Made by a program: the position numbers and the translations under genes
The notes under the pieces: model-generated
Told to the model about the DNA's origin: nothing
What the model saw: only the letters and a program-made list of their open reading frames with translations
Databases searched by the model: none
Part shown: positions 24,591 through 36,070 of the stretch, in pieces
Numbering within the stretch: position 1 is the first letter of the stretch
Layout of the letters: every line of letters begins with the position of its first letter
Assembly (NCBI GenBank): GCA_002269645.1
Contig: NIVC01000416.1
Span: 248,001 to 312,000, forward strand
Direction of reading: 5' to 3'
Source of the DNA: Macrostomum lignano
Taxonomy: Eukaryota
DNA length: 64,000 bases

Positions 24591-24969
24591 AAAAAACATA
24601 ACTAACGATTAAGTAAAAAAAAACTGCTATGAAATATACAAGCTATAGTCTACCTACATCTGGTCTAGTGGTCTAGAATTTTCAGTATATAAACTATGCA
24701 GTTTGCTAGAATTCCAATCTACCCTATTTGTCTGGGCTAGTGGCCTTCCTTGCTACTGCTAGTTGCTTTCCACCCAGGAAAAAAATATAAAAACACAAGA
24801 AAAAGCTAAATTGGGCTGTTTATTTTAGTTTAACACAGAAAAAGGATGACTTCTTAAAAAAAACACAATAACACAGCTATTTTAAAAAATCACAGAAAAA
24901 CACAAATAACACAGCAGTGATCACACTGGTGGCAACCCCCTAGTCCTTGGACTGAACAGCCATATATAG

Positions 24970-25612
24970 TAGTGTTCTACTGTAAGGAGGGTCCATGTAC
25001 TGTAGCCATAGCTGTAAGCAAAACTATGGCTTATTCCAATTCTCTGTATTCCCTAGCTGTAGGGACCCCAATATTACCATATTCCCAATATAGTTCCCAT
25101 AGCCATAGCCATAGTTTTAACAAAAAGTCTAGAAAACAAAATATTTTGAATCAAGAAGATAACCCAGTGCTTAAACAACTGCAAATTAAACTAGAAAATA
25201 AAAGAAACACTCAATTGCCCTTGTAAGATTATATTTCATCTTTTTTCAGAGCAACAACACTTAATCGTTACTGAAAGTACTAATGCTGAACTTTTTCACA
25301 TTAATAAAAATTAGAGTTTGCTAGTGTTTAATTGTACTTAGGTATATTTAAAGAGTTTCTAAGTTGATAATACAGTTAAATAAAAGTATATTTGTTTTAC
25401 TCTACCTGTTTCTAATATCTTTTCAATTTTTTAACATTAATAACTACAGCTATGGGAATCTATGGAATGTGACAACAACTACCATATTTCTGTATTCGAA
25501 GCTGTAAGAGCAGCTAGCTACCATAGGCGTATCCGTAGCTGCCATAGGCACCTATTTTACCATATTTGCCGTAGGATCCCGTAGCTGTAGCTACAGCTAC
25601 GGCAGAACACTA
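24970..25612. mobile_element. hAT-type MITE inserted into SINE copy A
   Basis: TIR TAGTGTTCTACTGTA / TACGGCAGAACACTA. The 8-bp TSD is ATATATAG / ATATGTAG, one mismatch, and corresponds to GTACGCAG of the intact SINE. Confidence 0.8.
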
Positions 25613-25713
25613 ATATGTAGCCTTCAGATATGCCGCACAATATCTGCAACTGAGCTGTTGGTTGCACATCTGGCCCAATGGGGGCAGGTATAATCAGTTA
25701 CTATTAATATTAA

Positions 25714-25750
<37 letters not shown>

Positions 25751-25821
25751 GATTTTGGAAGTTTCATCATATTTCAAAAAAATTTCACTCTACTGCATGC
25801 TCTATAGTAAACTGCCACACT

Positions 25822-28750
25822 ATGTCTGGCCAACAATCAGAAGATGCCATACCAGTGCTATCAAGGCCTGATTTACCAGGCAATCACACTGCCGCCATTG
25901 AGAGTCTACTGACCCACTATAGTAAAACATTTGACAATTCCAAACCGGAATTTGTTGCCAGAGCACCAGGCCGCGTAAATCTCATTGGCGAGCACATTGA
26001 CTATTGCGGCTACTCTGTCCTGCCTATGGCCATCGATCGGCACATTCTTATTGCGGTTGGCTATCCTAGTAATGCGCGTAGCAACCAAAATGAACGCTCA
26101 TCTTCAACACTGAGAATTTTTCATATCGATAGTAGTGATCGACCAGCTGCCACTGTCACAGTTGAAGCGGACGGGGTGGCTGTAGATAAAGAAAACCTGG
26201 CCTGGCATCAGTATGTTCTGTGTGGATTTCGCGGCGTGCAAGACTACCTGTTGAAGGTGTGTTTCTTTTCTAAGAAGCATAACCTCTTGTGTTACATAAG
26301 TTTCATTTCATAATTTCCATAAATAATCCCAGGGAGGCGGATTTCCCCAGCTAGACATCAACCTCATGGTCACTGGCGATATTCCATCCAGTTCCGGTCT
26401 ATCCAGCAGCAGCGCTTTAGTTGTCTGCTCCGCTTTAGTTGCTATGCGAGCCTACACTGGTAGTTTGAGCCTGCTGGATAGGCGGGGCATGGCTTCCCTG
26501 TGCGCCACTGCCGAGCGGTACATTGGCACCGAGGGCGGCGGCATGGACCAGGCCATCTCACTGTGCGCCAGGCCCGGCCAGGCTATGTGGATTAACTTCA
26601 AATCTGGATTGGAAACCCGACCGGTGAGAGGCGCCCGATTTCTGGCTGGTTGAAACAAAGCCGGAAGTGGGGTTTAACGCCAAGAAAACATCCTAATTCA
26701 GCCGAAAGTGGGATTTAGTGCCAAGAAAACCATCCTGATTCAACCGGAAGTGGGATTTAGTGCCAAGAAAACCATCCTGATTCAACCGGAAGTGGGATTT
26801 AGTGCCAAGAAAACCATCCCGATTCAACCGGAAGTGGGATTTAGTGCCAAGAAAACCATCCCGATTCAACCGGAAGTGGGATTTAGTGCCAAGAAAACCA
26901 TCCTGATTTAACCGGAAGTGGGATTTAGTGCCAAGAAAACCATCCTGATTTAACCGGAAGTGGGATTTATTGCCAAGAAAACCATCCTGATTCAGCCGAA
27001 AGTGGGATTTAGTGCCAAGAAAGACCATCCCGATTCAACCGGAAGTGGGATTTAGTGCTAAGAAAACCATCCTGATTTAACCGGAAGTGGGATTTAGTGC
27101 CAAGAAAGCCATCACGGTTCAACCGGAAGTGGGATTTAGTGCCAAGAAAACCATCCTGATCCAGCCGGAAGTGGGATTTAGTGCCAAGAAAACCATCACG
27201 ATTCAACCGGAAGTGGGATTTAGTGCCAAGAAAACCATCCTGATCCAGCCGGAAGTGGGATTTAGTGCCAAGAAAACCATCCTGATTTAACCGGAAGTGG
27301 GATTTAGTGCCAAGAAAACCATCCTGATTTAACCGGAAGTGGGATTTAGTGCTAAGAAAACCATCCTAATCCAGCCGGAAGTGGGGTTCTTGGCTAGGCT
27401 CTGATTCAGTCGGACATGATGATACTTTTTGAAAGTTTGCGATATTAAAATAATTTTTGCTGCCTTTGCAACCTAGGTAAATCTGCCACCAGGCTACAGC
27501 TGGGTGGTGGCTCACTGCGGTCAGGTGCTCAACAAGGCGGCCACCGACCAGTTCAATCAGCGTGTTGCCGAGTGCCGTCTCGCCGCCAGGTTGCTTAGCA
27601 AAAATACCGACTCTGCCAATATGCGTCTGGTGGATGCGCAGGTAGGTAACCGCGCTTCCGGTACTGACATCCTCTCTTGCCGATACTGATATCCTCTGCA
27701 CTCCCCGATCCTGATATCCGCACTCCCCGATCCTGACATTCTCACTCCCGATCCCTGACAACCTCATTCCCGATCCCGGGATGTGGAGCCTACCTGACAC
27801 TCTCACTCCAGATCCCTGACACCCTGACTTCCCAATCCTGACACCCTCACTCCCGATCCTGACATCCTAACTTCCCGATCCTGACACCCTAACTCCCGAT
27901 CCTGACACCCTAACTCCCGATCCTGACACCCTCACTCCCGATCCTGACACCCTCACTCCCGATCCTGACACCCTCACTCCAGATCCTGACACCCCAACTC
28001 CCGATCCTGACACCCTCACTCCCAATCCTGACACCCTAACTCCTGATCCTGACACCCTAACTCTCGATCCTGACACCCTCCCTCTTGACCTTGACACCCT
28101 CACTCCCATCTTGTCTCCACCCTGACACCTGAACCTGACCTACTGAATCAATCGGAACTCCTCAGGATGCTCTTGGCGTGACCCAGCCAGGCGCCGCGGC
28201 CGATCTCGCAGCCCAGCGCCTTCGAGCCGAGCCACCCTACAGCCTGGCCGAGGTGGCGGCCGAACTGTCTGTTGAATCGTCAGCTCTGTCCGCCATCTGC
28301 CTGACATCAGAGGCTGCCAAACGGCTGGCCGGATTCCAGCTCCGTCAGCGAGCTCTGCACGTATTCAACGAGGCCCAACGCGTGCTGGACTTTCGAGACG
28401 CTTGCGGCCGAGCTGGCAGCGGTGACAACGACGAGAATTTGGCTGCCAGGCTGGGCGAGCTGATGAACGCGAGTCACCAGAGCTGCTCGGAGCTGTACAA
28501 CTGCTCCTGTCCGGAGTTGGACCGGCTCTGCCAGATCTGCCGGGACGTCGGCGGCGCTCTGGGCAGCCGTTTGACCGGCGCCGGCTGGGGCGGCTGCTGC
28601 GTCTCGCTGGTGCCTGACAGCAGGGTTGAGAAATTCCTCAGCAGCGTCAGGGACGCCTTCGCTGGACCAACTGGACTGGTTGGCGGTCGGCCGTTTCTGG
28701 CCTTCGCTAGTTCGCCTAGCACGGGAGCCTACCTACTGCAGTTAAATTAA
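25822..28750 (+). CDS. GALK2: N-acetylgalactosamine kinase / galactokinase 2 (491 aa); exons 25822-26256, 26333-26623, 27477-27641, 28166-28750
   Basis: GHMP motifs APGRVNLIGEHIDYCGYSVLPMAI, IPSSSGLSSSSA, GGGMDQ, NKAAT..FNQRVAECRLA and GSRLTGAGWGGC. All three introns are GT-AG and phase 0. Confidence 0.95.
26660..27385 (+). repeat. 42-bp minisatellite in GALK2 intron 2
   Basis: Unit AACCGGAAGTGGGATTTAGTGCCAAGAAAACCATCCTGATTC, ~17 copies. Confidence 0.95.
27680..28135 (+). repeat. 21-bp minisatellite in GALK2 intron 3
   Basis: Unit CCGATCCTGACACCCTCACTC. Confidence 0.9.
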
Positions 28751-28899
28751 CCGTCTGGTTGGATGCTTTGCCTAAATCTGTACGGCTAGCTAACAGCATG
28801 GATTCTGTGAGCAGTATGCTTCTAACACTAGCTTTAATATTATTGAGCAGCTTTTTTCTTTAAAAATGTTATTAAAAAAACTTTAAAAAATCGCCTTTG

Positions 28900-30355
28900 A
28901 ACTTTTTCATAAGAATCGCCCTTGAGCTGTCTCAGAACTGAAAACCCACTTGAGCTGTCTCAGAAGATTCGCCCTTGAGCTGTCCTAGAAGGATCGCCCT
29001 TGAGCTGTCTCAGAACTGAAAACCCACTTGAGCTGTCTCAGAAGATTCGACCTTGAGCTGTCCTAGAAGAATCGCCCTTGAGCTGTCTCAGAAGAATCGC
29101 CCTTGAGCTGTCTCAGAAGATTCGCCCTTGAGCTGTCCTAGAAGAATCGCCCTTGAGCTGTCTCAGAACTGAAAACCCACTTGAGCTGTCTCAGAAGATT
29201 CGCCCTTGAGCTGTCCTAGAAGAATCGCCCTTGAGCTGTCTCAGAAGAATCGCCCTTGAGCTGTCTCAGAAGATTCGCCCTTGAGCTGTCCTAGAAGAAT
29301 CGCCCTTGAGCTGTCTCAGAAGAATCGCCCTTGAGCTGTCTCAGAACTGAAAACCCATTTGAACTTTTTCATAAGAATCGCCCTTGAGCTGTCTCAGAAC
29401 TGAAAACCCATTTGAACTGTCTCAGAAGAATCGCCCTTGAGCTGTCTCAGAAGAATCGCCCTTGAGCTGTCTCAGAAGAATCGCCCTTGAGCTGTCTCAG
29501 AAGAATCGCCCTTGAGCTGTCCTAGAAGAATCGCCCTTGAGCTGTCCTAGAAGAATCGCCCTTGAGCTGTCTCAGAAGAATCGCCCTTGAGCTGTCTCAG
29601 AACTGAAAACCCATTTGAACTGTCTCAGAATAATCGCCCTTGAACTGTCTCAGAACTGAAAACCCACTTGAGCTGTCTCAGAAGATTCGCCCTTGAGCTG
29701 TCCTAGAAGAATCGCCCTTGAGCTGTCTCAGAAGAATCGCCCTTGAGCTGTCTCAGAAGATTCGCCCTTGAGCTGTCCTAGAAGAATCGCCCTTGAGCTG
29801 TCTCAGAAGAATCGCCCTTGAGCTGTCTCAGAACTGAAAACCCATTTGAACTTTTTCATAAGAATCGCCCTTGAGCTGTCTCAGAACTGAAAACCCATTT
29901 GAACTGTCTCAGAAGAATCGCCCTTGAGCTGTCTCAGAAGAATCGCCCTTGAGCTGTCTCAGAAGAATCGCCCTTGAGCTGTCTCAGAAGAATCGCCCTT
30001 GAGCTGTCCTAGAAGAATCGCCCTTGAGCTGTCCTAGAAGAATCGCCCTTGAGCTGTCTCAGAAGAATCGCCCTTGAGCTGTCTCAGAACTGAAAACCCA
30101 TTTGAACTGTCTCAGAATAATCGCCCTTGAACTGTCTCAGAACTGAAAACCCACTTGAGCTGTCTCAGAAGAATCGCCCTTGAGCTGTCTCAGAAGAATC
30201 GCCCTTGAGCTGTCCTAGAAGAATCGCCCTTGAGCTGTCCTAGAAGAATCGCCCTTGAGCTGTCTCAGAAGAATCGCCCTTGAGCTGTCTCAGAAGAATC
30301 GCCCTTGAGCTGTCTCAGAAGAATCGCCCTTGAGCTGTCTCAGAAGAATCGCCTC
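28900..30355 (+). repeat. 25-bp satellite with higher-order structure
   Basis: Unit GAAGAATCGCCCTTGAGCTGTCTCA with AACTGAAAACCCA variants. A rare variant block recurs at 29354 and 29841. Confidence 0.95.
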
Positions 30356-30959
30356 CAGCCATATTTATTTTAACTTAATTACTATTTTTTATATAATACG
30401 GATTCCTATTCTGTCAGAGTAAGTCGACAAATTTTGATTTTTTACAACGCAATTTTCGGTGTATTTCATTTGTTAAATCGTGCATAGTTTTTGATCTAGT
30501 TCAATATAAGGTGCCAATGTCTATTATTAGTAATCAATTTTCCACTCCTTATAATTAAATTTTACTAACGCCTTTTAACACTTCTAAGAATAAATTTTTC
30601 CTGAACTTTAACGGCATTCTTGTTTAGTTAGACAAACTTACATAATCGATGGAAAAAAGGTTTTTTTATAACCCATACTAGAAAATAAAACGGTGATGAA
30701 TTTTAATTAAACAGTTTGTGGCATCTTTTATTTGTGATTTTATAGCTACGACACTGTCACTAAGGCCAACCCCCTAAGGACACTAGGACACTAAGGACAA
30801 TATTTAAAACAGAGATGATAATGATTTTTTCAGCTCTCCGCAATTAAATCTGGTCGAACGCTGCACACTCTACTGACCAGTGCTAGTAGTAGTAGTATAA
30901 TTAGTGCTACTAGTCCGAGCTTTACCACCAGCGGCATCGTCAGTAGTTGCGGCAGCGGC

Positions 30960-31340
30960 ATGGGCAACAAGCAGAGCAGCGACGGCAAGTCCAATTTAAC
31001 ACCTGCCGAGTTCATCGTTGACACGGTGAAGCGCAACCCTGTAGTTGTGTTCAGCAAGACCACCTGTCCCCACTGCGTCCAGGTGAAGTCTCTGTTTGGC
31101 CAGCTGAAAGTGCCCGCTACTGTTATCGAACTGGACAAGCGTCAAGATGCTGACAAGCTTCATCCGGAGCTAATTAAACAGACCGGTGCCAGAACTGTGC
31201 CCCAGGTGTTTGTCTGCGGCCAACGCGTGGGCGGCGCCTCGGACACGATGTCCCTGCACAAGGCTGGCGGCCTCGAGGAGCTCATCGCCAAATGCTGGAA
31301 GCCGTCCAGGTGCGGCGGGTCCAAGTGCGATGGAGCCTGA
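30960..31340 (+). CDS. GLRX2: dithiol glutaredoxin (CPHC), GLRX2-like, 126 aa; the frame stays open upstream to an acceptor at 30833
   Basis: VVVFSKTTCPHC, TVPQVF and GGASDT..LHKAGGL resemble GLRX2. The N-terminus is MGNKQS. Confidence 0.9.
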   Translation: MGNKQSSDGKSNLTPAEFIVDTVKRNPVVVFSKTTCPHCVQVKSLFGQLKVPATVIELDKRQDADKLHPELIKQTGARTVPQVFVCGQRVGGASDTMSLHKAGGLEELIAKCWKPSRCGGSKCDGA

Positions 31341-31479
31341 CATTATTACGGGATTGGACTGACTCGTATAGATGGAACTGCAGCATCTGATTCGTTGAGA
31401 CTAGTCAAGCGCTTCTTTTAGTGGGATTATACGTGCGTAGATTGTCGGGAAGCTGAACAACAAATGTGCAACAAATTTG

Positions 31480-32150
31480 CAAATGTGTGAAAGTGCGCGT
31501 GTACTAGTGTGTGAAAGTTCGCGTGTACTATTGTGTGAAAGTTCGCGTGTTCTGTTGTGTGAAAGTGCGCGTGTACTATTGTATGAAAGTTCGCGTGTTC
31601 TGTTGTGTGAAAGTGCGCGTGTACTAGTGTGTGAAAGTTCGCGTGTACTAGTGTGTGAAAGTGCGCGTGTACTAGTGTGTGAAAGTTCGCGTGTACTAGT
31701 GTGTGAAAGTTCGCGTGTACTATTGTGTGAAAGTTCGCGTGTTCTGTTGTGGGAAAGTGCGCGTGTACTAGTGTGTGAAAGTGCGCGTGTACTATTGTGT
31801 GAAACTGTGTGTGTACTATTGTATGAAAGTGCGCGTGTGCTATTGTGTAAAAGTGCGCGTGTACTAGTGTGTGAAAGTGCGCGTGTACTATTGTGTGAAA
31901 CTGTGTGTGTACTATTGTATGAAAGTGCGCGTGTGCTATTGTGTAAAAGTGCGCGTGTACTAGTGTGTGAAAGTGCGCGTGTACTATTGTGTGAAACTGT
32001 GTGTGTACTATTGTATGAAAGTGCGCGTGTGCTATTGTGTAAAAGTGCGCGTGTACTAGTGTGTGAAAGTGCGCATGTACTTTTGTGTGAAAGTGCGCAT
32101 GTACTAGTGTGTAAAAGTGCGCGTGTACTTTTGTGTGATATGCGCGTGTA
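31480..32150 (+). repeat. 24-bp minisatellite
   Basis: Unit GTGTGAAAGTGCGCGTGTACTAGT, with 72-bp higher-order triplets at ~31790-32060. Confidence 0.95.
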
Positions 32151-32928
32151 GTTGCAAAAGCCGTGAATGTACTTCTGTTAAAAATGAGCGAAGTTCTTTT
32201 TTTTTTAGGAAATTTCAACCAATCGCTTTCTGCTTTCACCTCAAGTGCTCAAATAGGTAAAGCAATTAGCTAGTGCTTTTATTTGCTCGACGATATTTCA
32301 ATATTTTTCATTGTCAACAAAAGAGTTTCTAAATATTTGTTTTTAACTGACCTGTGCTCACTGAGCTCAGTTACTCTTGAAATCAGCGGCAATGTCAATC
32401 ATTGGCGCATATAAACATATCCTTATGTCAAACTGAACTGCGAACTTTGGTTGATTAAAATAGCTAATGAGTAATATAAAAGTACACGGGCTGTCGTGGC
32501 GTTTGATATATTTTAATTGCCTATAATTTCACGGCGGATTCTGCGTGTTTATCTTCTGGCTCTTTTTTTTTGATTATTATTGCTAACCTTTCAGTGTGGA
32601 ACTTTGTAAATTGTTTATTTTCTAGAAGTTTCTAACGGCTACCAGAAGGTTACTGAAGTTGTTTAATCTTCGCTGCCTACTGGTCTAATTTATGATTATT
32701 CTACTTGACTCTGCTTTTGGGCGTTCGCTTGCATTTTTGGCAGAAGTGTTGCCTGCATCCGCTTCTTGGCTTCAGTTCGCCATGCGGGCTTCGTAGATGA
32801 AGATTGCTATTACCAGAGTCTATCGCTTTGTCCGGCATCATCTAGCTGGCAATTTGACAGCCCGGATTTTAAATTTACCCCCAGTTGTCACACTGCACGT
32901 ATCATGTGCGTTGCCTTTACATTCCGAT

Positions 32929-33235
32929 GTGCCAGCCTCTTAGATCCTCAGTTGCTGAGCTGCCAGCCTCCCAGATCCTCAGTTGCTGAGCTGCCAGCCT
33001 CCCAGATCCTCAGTTGCTGAGCCAGCCTCCCAGATCCTCAGTTGCTGGGCCAGCCTCCCAGATCCTCAGTTGCTGGGCCAGCCTCCCAGATCCTCAGTTG
33101 CTGGGCCAGCCTCCCAGATCCTCAGTTGCTGGGCCAGCCTCCCAGATCCTCAGTTGCTGGGCCATCCTCCCAGATCCTCAGTTGCTGGGCCATCCTCCCA
33201 GATCCTCAGTTGCTGGGCTGCCGGCCTCCCAGATC
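32929..33235 (+). repeat. 28-bp minisatellite
   Basis: Unit GATCCTCAGTTGCTGGGCCAGCCTCCCA. Confidence 0.95.
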
Positions 33236-33914
33236 GTCAAGTTTGGCACCTAGCCTATAGCGTGTTTACGCAAATCCATCAGCTTCCAACTGTAATAAGT
33301 TACCCAACTGATCCATCACAGTCAGGTGCATAATCGTGACGAATTTCCTTCTGCAAGGCGCACCTGTGCCGGATGTTGTTACAGCCGTCAAGTTTTTGGA
33401 CCGGAAAGGGCCGAGATAAATATCGAGGTTGGGGCTGCACGGGTTTCCTCGCGTAGCCATGCGGCTTCATCGGCTGTGGTGTGTTATTTGGATAGGTACA
33501 ATATGATTTACTTTGCGCGTCGCCTAGGCCTGTGCTTGACGGGGTAATTGTATTAATTATACAGTATAATAATAATATCAGGTATATTTTAACACCGCAC
33601 AGAAGTTGAACAACTTTTGGAAGCCAAGGACTACTGAACTAACTAACGTGAAGTACCCGCGAAAATCTAGCTATCTTTTTTTAAAGAAAACATTTCTTAT
33701 GACAGCGCAGCCTTGTATTTGCAACTGTGGGTTTAAAATAGAATTTGTCATAATCCTGATACTGATCGCAATACTGTGTGCTTGGAATGCCGTTAGGAAT
33801 ATGGCATTAATGCATTGGTCTTAAATTTGTAACTTAATTAGCTTTGGTGGACTTTACATGCGCACATATGTACGCTTTCAAATGTATGGATTGCAGCTTC
33901 CACTAAAAAGTCAA

Positions 33915-35320
33915 GGGGAATTACATGCAGGGGATGGCAGTTCCAACTGAAGTTCAAGGAGAATTACATGCAGGCGATAGCAGTTCCAACTGAAGGTCAT
34001 TGGGAATTACATATGCAGGGGATAGCAGTTCCATCTGAAGGTCAATGGGAATTACATGCAGGGGATAGCAGTTCCAACTGAAGGCAAGGGGAATTATTGT
34101 ACATGTACATGCAGAGATAGTATTTCCAACTGAACTGAAGGTCAAGAAGGGGAATTACATGCAGGGGATAGCAGTTCCATCTGAAGGTCAATGGGAATTA
34201 TATGCAGGGATAGCAGTTCCATCTGAAGGTCAATGGGAATTACATGCAGGGGCCATAGCAGTTCCAACTGAAGGTCAAGGGGAATTATATGCAGGGGATA
34301 GCAGTTCCATCTGAAGGTCAATGGGAATTACATGCAGGGGCCATAGCAGTTCCAACTAAAGGTCAAGGGGAATTATATGCAGGGGATAGCAGTTCCATCT
34401 GAAGGTAAATGGGAATTACATGCAGGGGCCATAGCAGTTCCATCTGAAGGTCAATGGGAATTACATGCAGGGGATAGCAGTTCCATCTGAAGGTCAATGG
34501 GAATTACATGCAGGGGATAGCAGTTCCATCTGAAGGTCAATGGGAATTACATGCAGGGGCCATAGCAGTTCCATCTGAAGGTCAATGGGAATTACATGCA
34601 GGGGATAGCAGTTCCATCTGAAGGTCAATGGGAATTACATGCAGGGGCCATAGCAGTTCCATCTGAAGGTCAATGGGAATTACATGCAGGGGCCATAGCA
34701 GTTCCATCTGAAGGTCAATGGGAATTACATGCAGGGGATAGCAGTTCCATCTGAAGGTCAATGGGAATTACATGCAGGGGATAGCAGTTCCATCTGAAGG
34801 TCAATGGGAATTACATGCAGGGGCCATAGCAGTTCCATCTGAAGGTCAATGGGAATTACATGCAGGGGATAGCAGTTCCATCTGAAGGTCAATGGGAATT
34901 ATATGCAGGGGCCATAGCAGTTCCAACTGAAGGTCAAGGGGAATTATATGCAGGGGCCATAGCAGTTCCAACTGAAGGTCAAGGGGAATTATATGCAGGG
35001 GCCATAGCAGTTCCAACTGAAGGTCAAGGGGAATTACATGCAGGGGCCATAGCAGTTCCAACTGAAGGTCAAGGGGAATTATATGCAGGGGATAGCAGTT
35101 CCATCTGAAGGTCAAGGGGAATTACATGCAGGGGCCATAGCAGTTCCATCTGAAGGTCAATGGGAATTACATGCAGGGGCCATAGCAGTTCCATCTGAAG
35201 GTCAAGGGGAATTACATGCAGGGGATAGCAGTTCCAACTGAAGGTCAAGGGGAATTACATGCAGGGGATAGCAGTTCCAACTGAAGGTCAAGGGGAATTA
35301 CATGCAGGGGATAGCAGTTC
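33915..35320 (+). repeat. 43-45-bp minisatellite
   Basis: Unit GGGAATTACATGCAGGGG(CC)ATAGCAGTTCCATCTGAAGGTCAAT, ~30 copies. Confidence 0.95.
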
Positions 35321-35914
35321 TCTGGCAATAATACAAGTCAAATTGCCTGGGCCTGCAGCAGAAAATGAGCACCCCCCCTAGCAACACATTCCCACTGCTT
35401 CATGCTTGACTGTTGGCTTCAACTGGCTGGCATTTTTAAAGGAATTGTTTAGCAGGCGCCTCGTACGTGTAGCGTTTTCATGGTTGACCAAAACATTTAA
35501 TCCTAGCATATGGTCTCGTCTTTAAACACAAGACTTCTCCAAAAGTTTACACCTGGTTTGCTGCAGATACCAGTTTATATCACATTCAAACCTCCAATAA
35601 ACAAAAATATTGCTCAATTTTTGTTTCAGTCGCTTTTTTCGTTCTTTAGTTATCGATTTTTTCTAAAAAATGGTTGTTAGGGGTGAACCTAATTAATTGC
35701 ATGCATCTGTACATCATAATTAATTTTTCCAAAAAAAGCAGGGAAATATTTTACTCATCCTGTTGACTCATCCGTTTAGGAACTTATTTTAAATTTGAGG
35801 CCAGCAATTATATCATATTTATAAATATTACTACATACAATATACTATTTATATACTTTACGAGCTACTGTGTACTTAAACATCTTCTTTATAACTTGAG
35901 ACTGAGCCAGATAG

Positions 35915-36070
35915 AGAATCTCGCGCATGACTGCGGGCCGGACGAAAGAGACAGGAAAGTGAATAGGAGAGAAAAGAGAGAGAGGAGAGGAGAGAAGAGA
36001 GCTAAGAAGAGACAAGAAGAGGGCCGGATAACAGAAGCTTCCGTGCAGGCCGGAGTTCGCCGACCCCTGC
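35915..36070 (-). mobile_element. hAT/Charlie-like terminal fragment
   Basis: The minus strand begins CAGGGGTCGGCGAACTCCGGCC...CGGCCCGC, typical of Charlie-type ends. No partner TIR was found. Confidence 0.4.

Larger units (their letters stand above)
22307..24928 (-). mobile_element. defective hAT DNA transposon
   Basis: Perfect 12-bp TIR CAGTGTGATCAC / GTGATCACACTG, 8-bp TSD GTGGCAAC (22299-22306, 24929-24936) and a transposase remnant inside. Confidence 0.92.
22128..25750 (+). mobile_element. tRNA-derived CORE-like SINE, copy A, split into 22128-22306, 24937-24969 and 25621-25750
   Basis: The three pieces are colinear with the intact copy at 37128-37435 and end in an (ATT)n tail. Confidence 0.85.

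Noticed and set aside
25822-31340. Galactokinase next to an intron-poor glutaredoxin as a bacterial operon or horizontal transfer
   Set aside because: GALK2 has three GT-AG introns and the animal GALK2 signature, and the glutaredoxin resembles animal GLRX2.
31427-32239. 270-aa His-rich ORF (HAHFHTLV)n suggesting a metal-binding protein
   Set aside because: It coincides exactly with a 24-bp tandem array, has no unique domain or signal peptide, and the opposite strand is equally open.
32720-33544. Small ORFs flanking the 28-bp array (e.g. 33266-33460)
   Set aside because: They have no recognisable domain and no phase-consistent exon chain. The region is kept only as a possible non-coding transcript.
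26660-35320. Regular 25-45-bp repeats resembling CRISPR arrays
   Set aside because: The units are head-to-tail with no unique spacers, there are no cas genes, and the context is eukaryotic.
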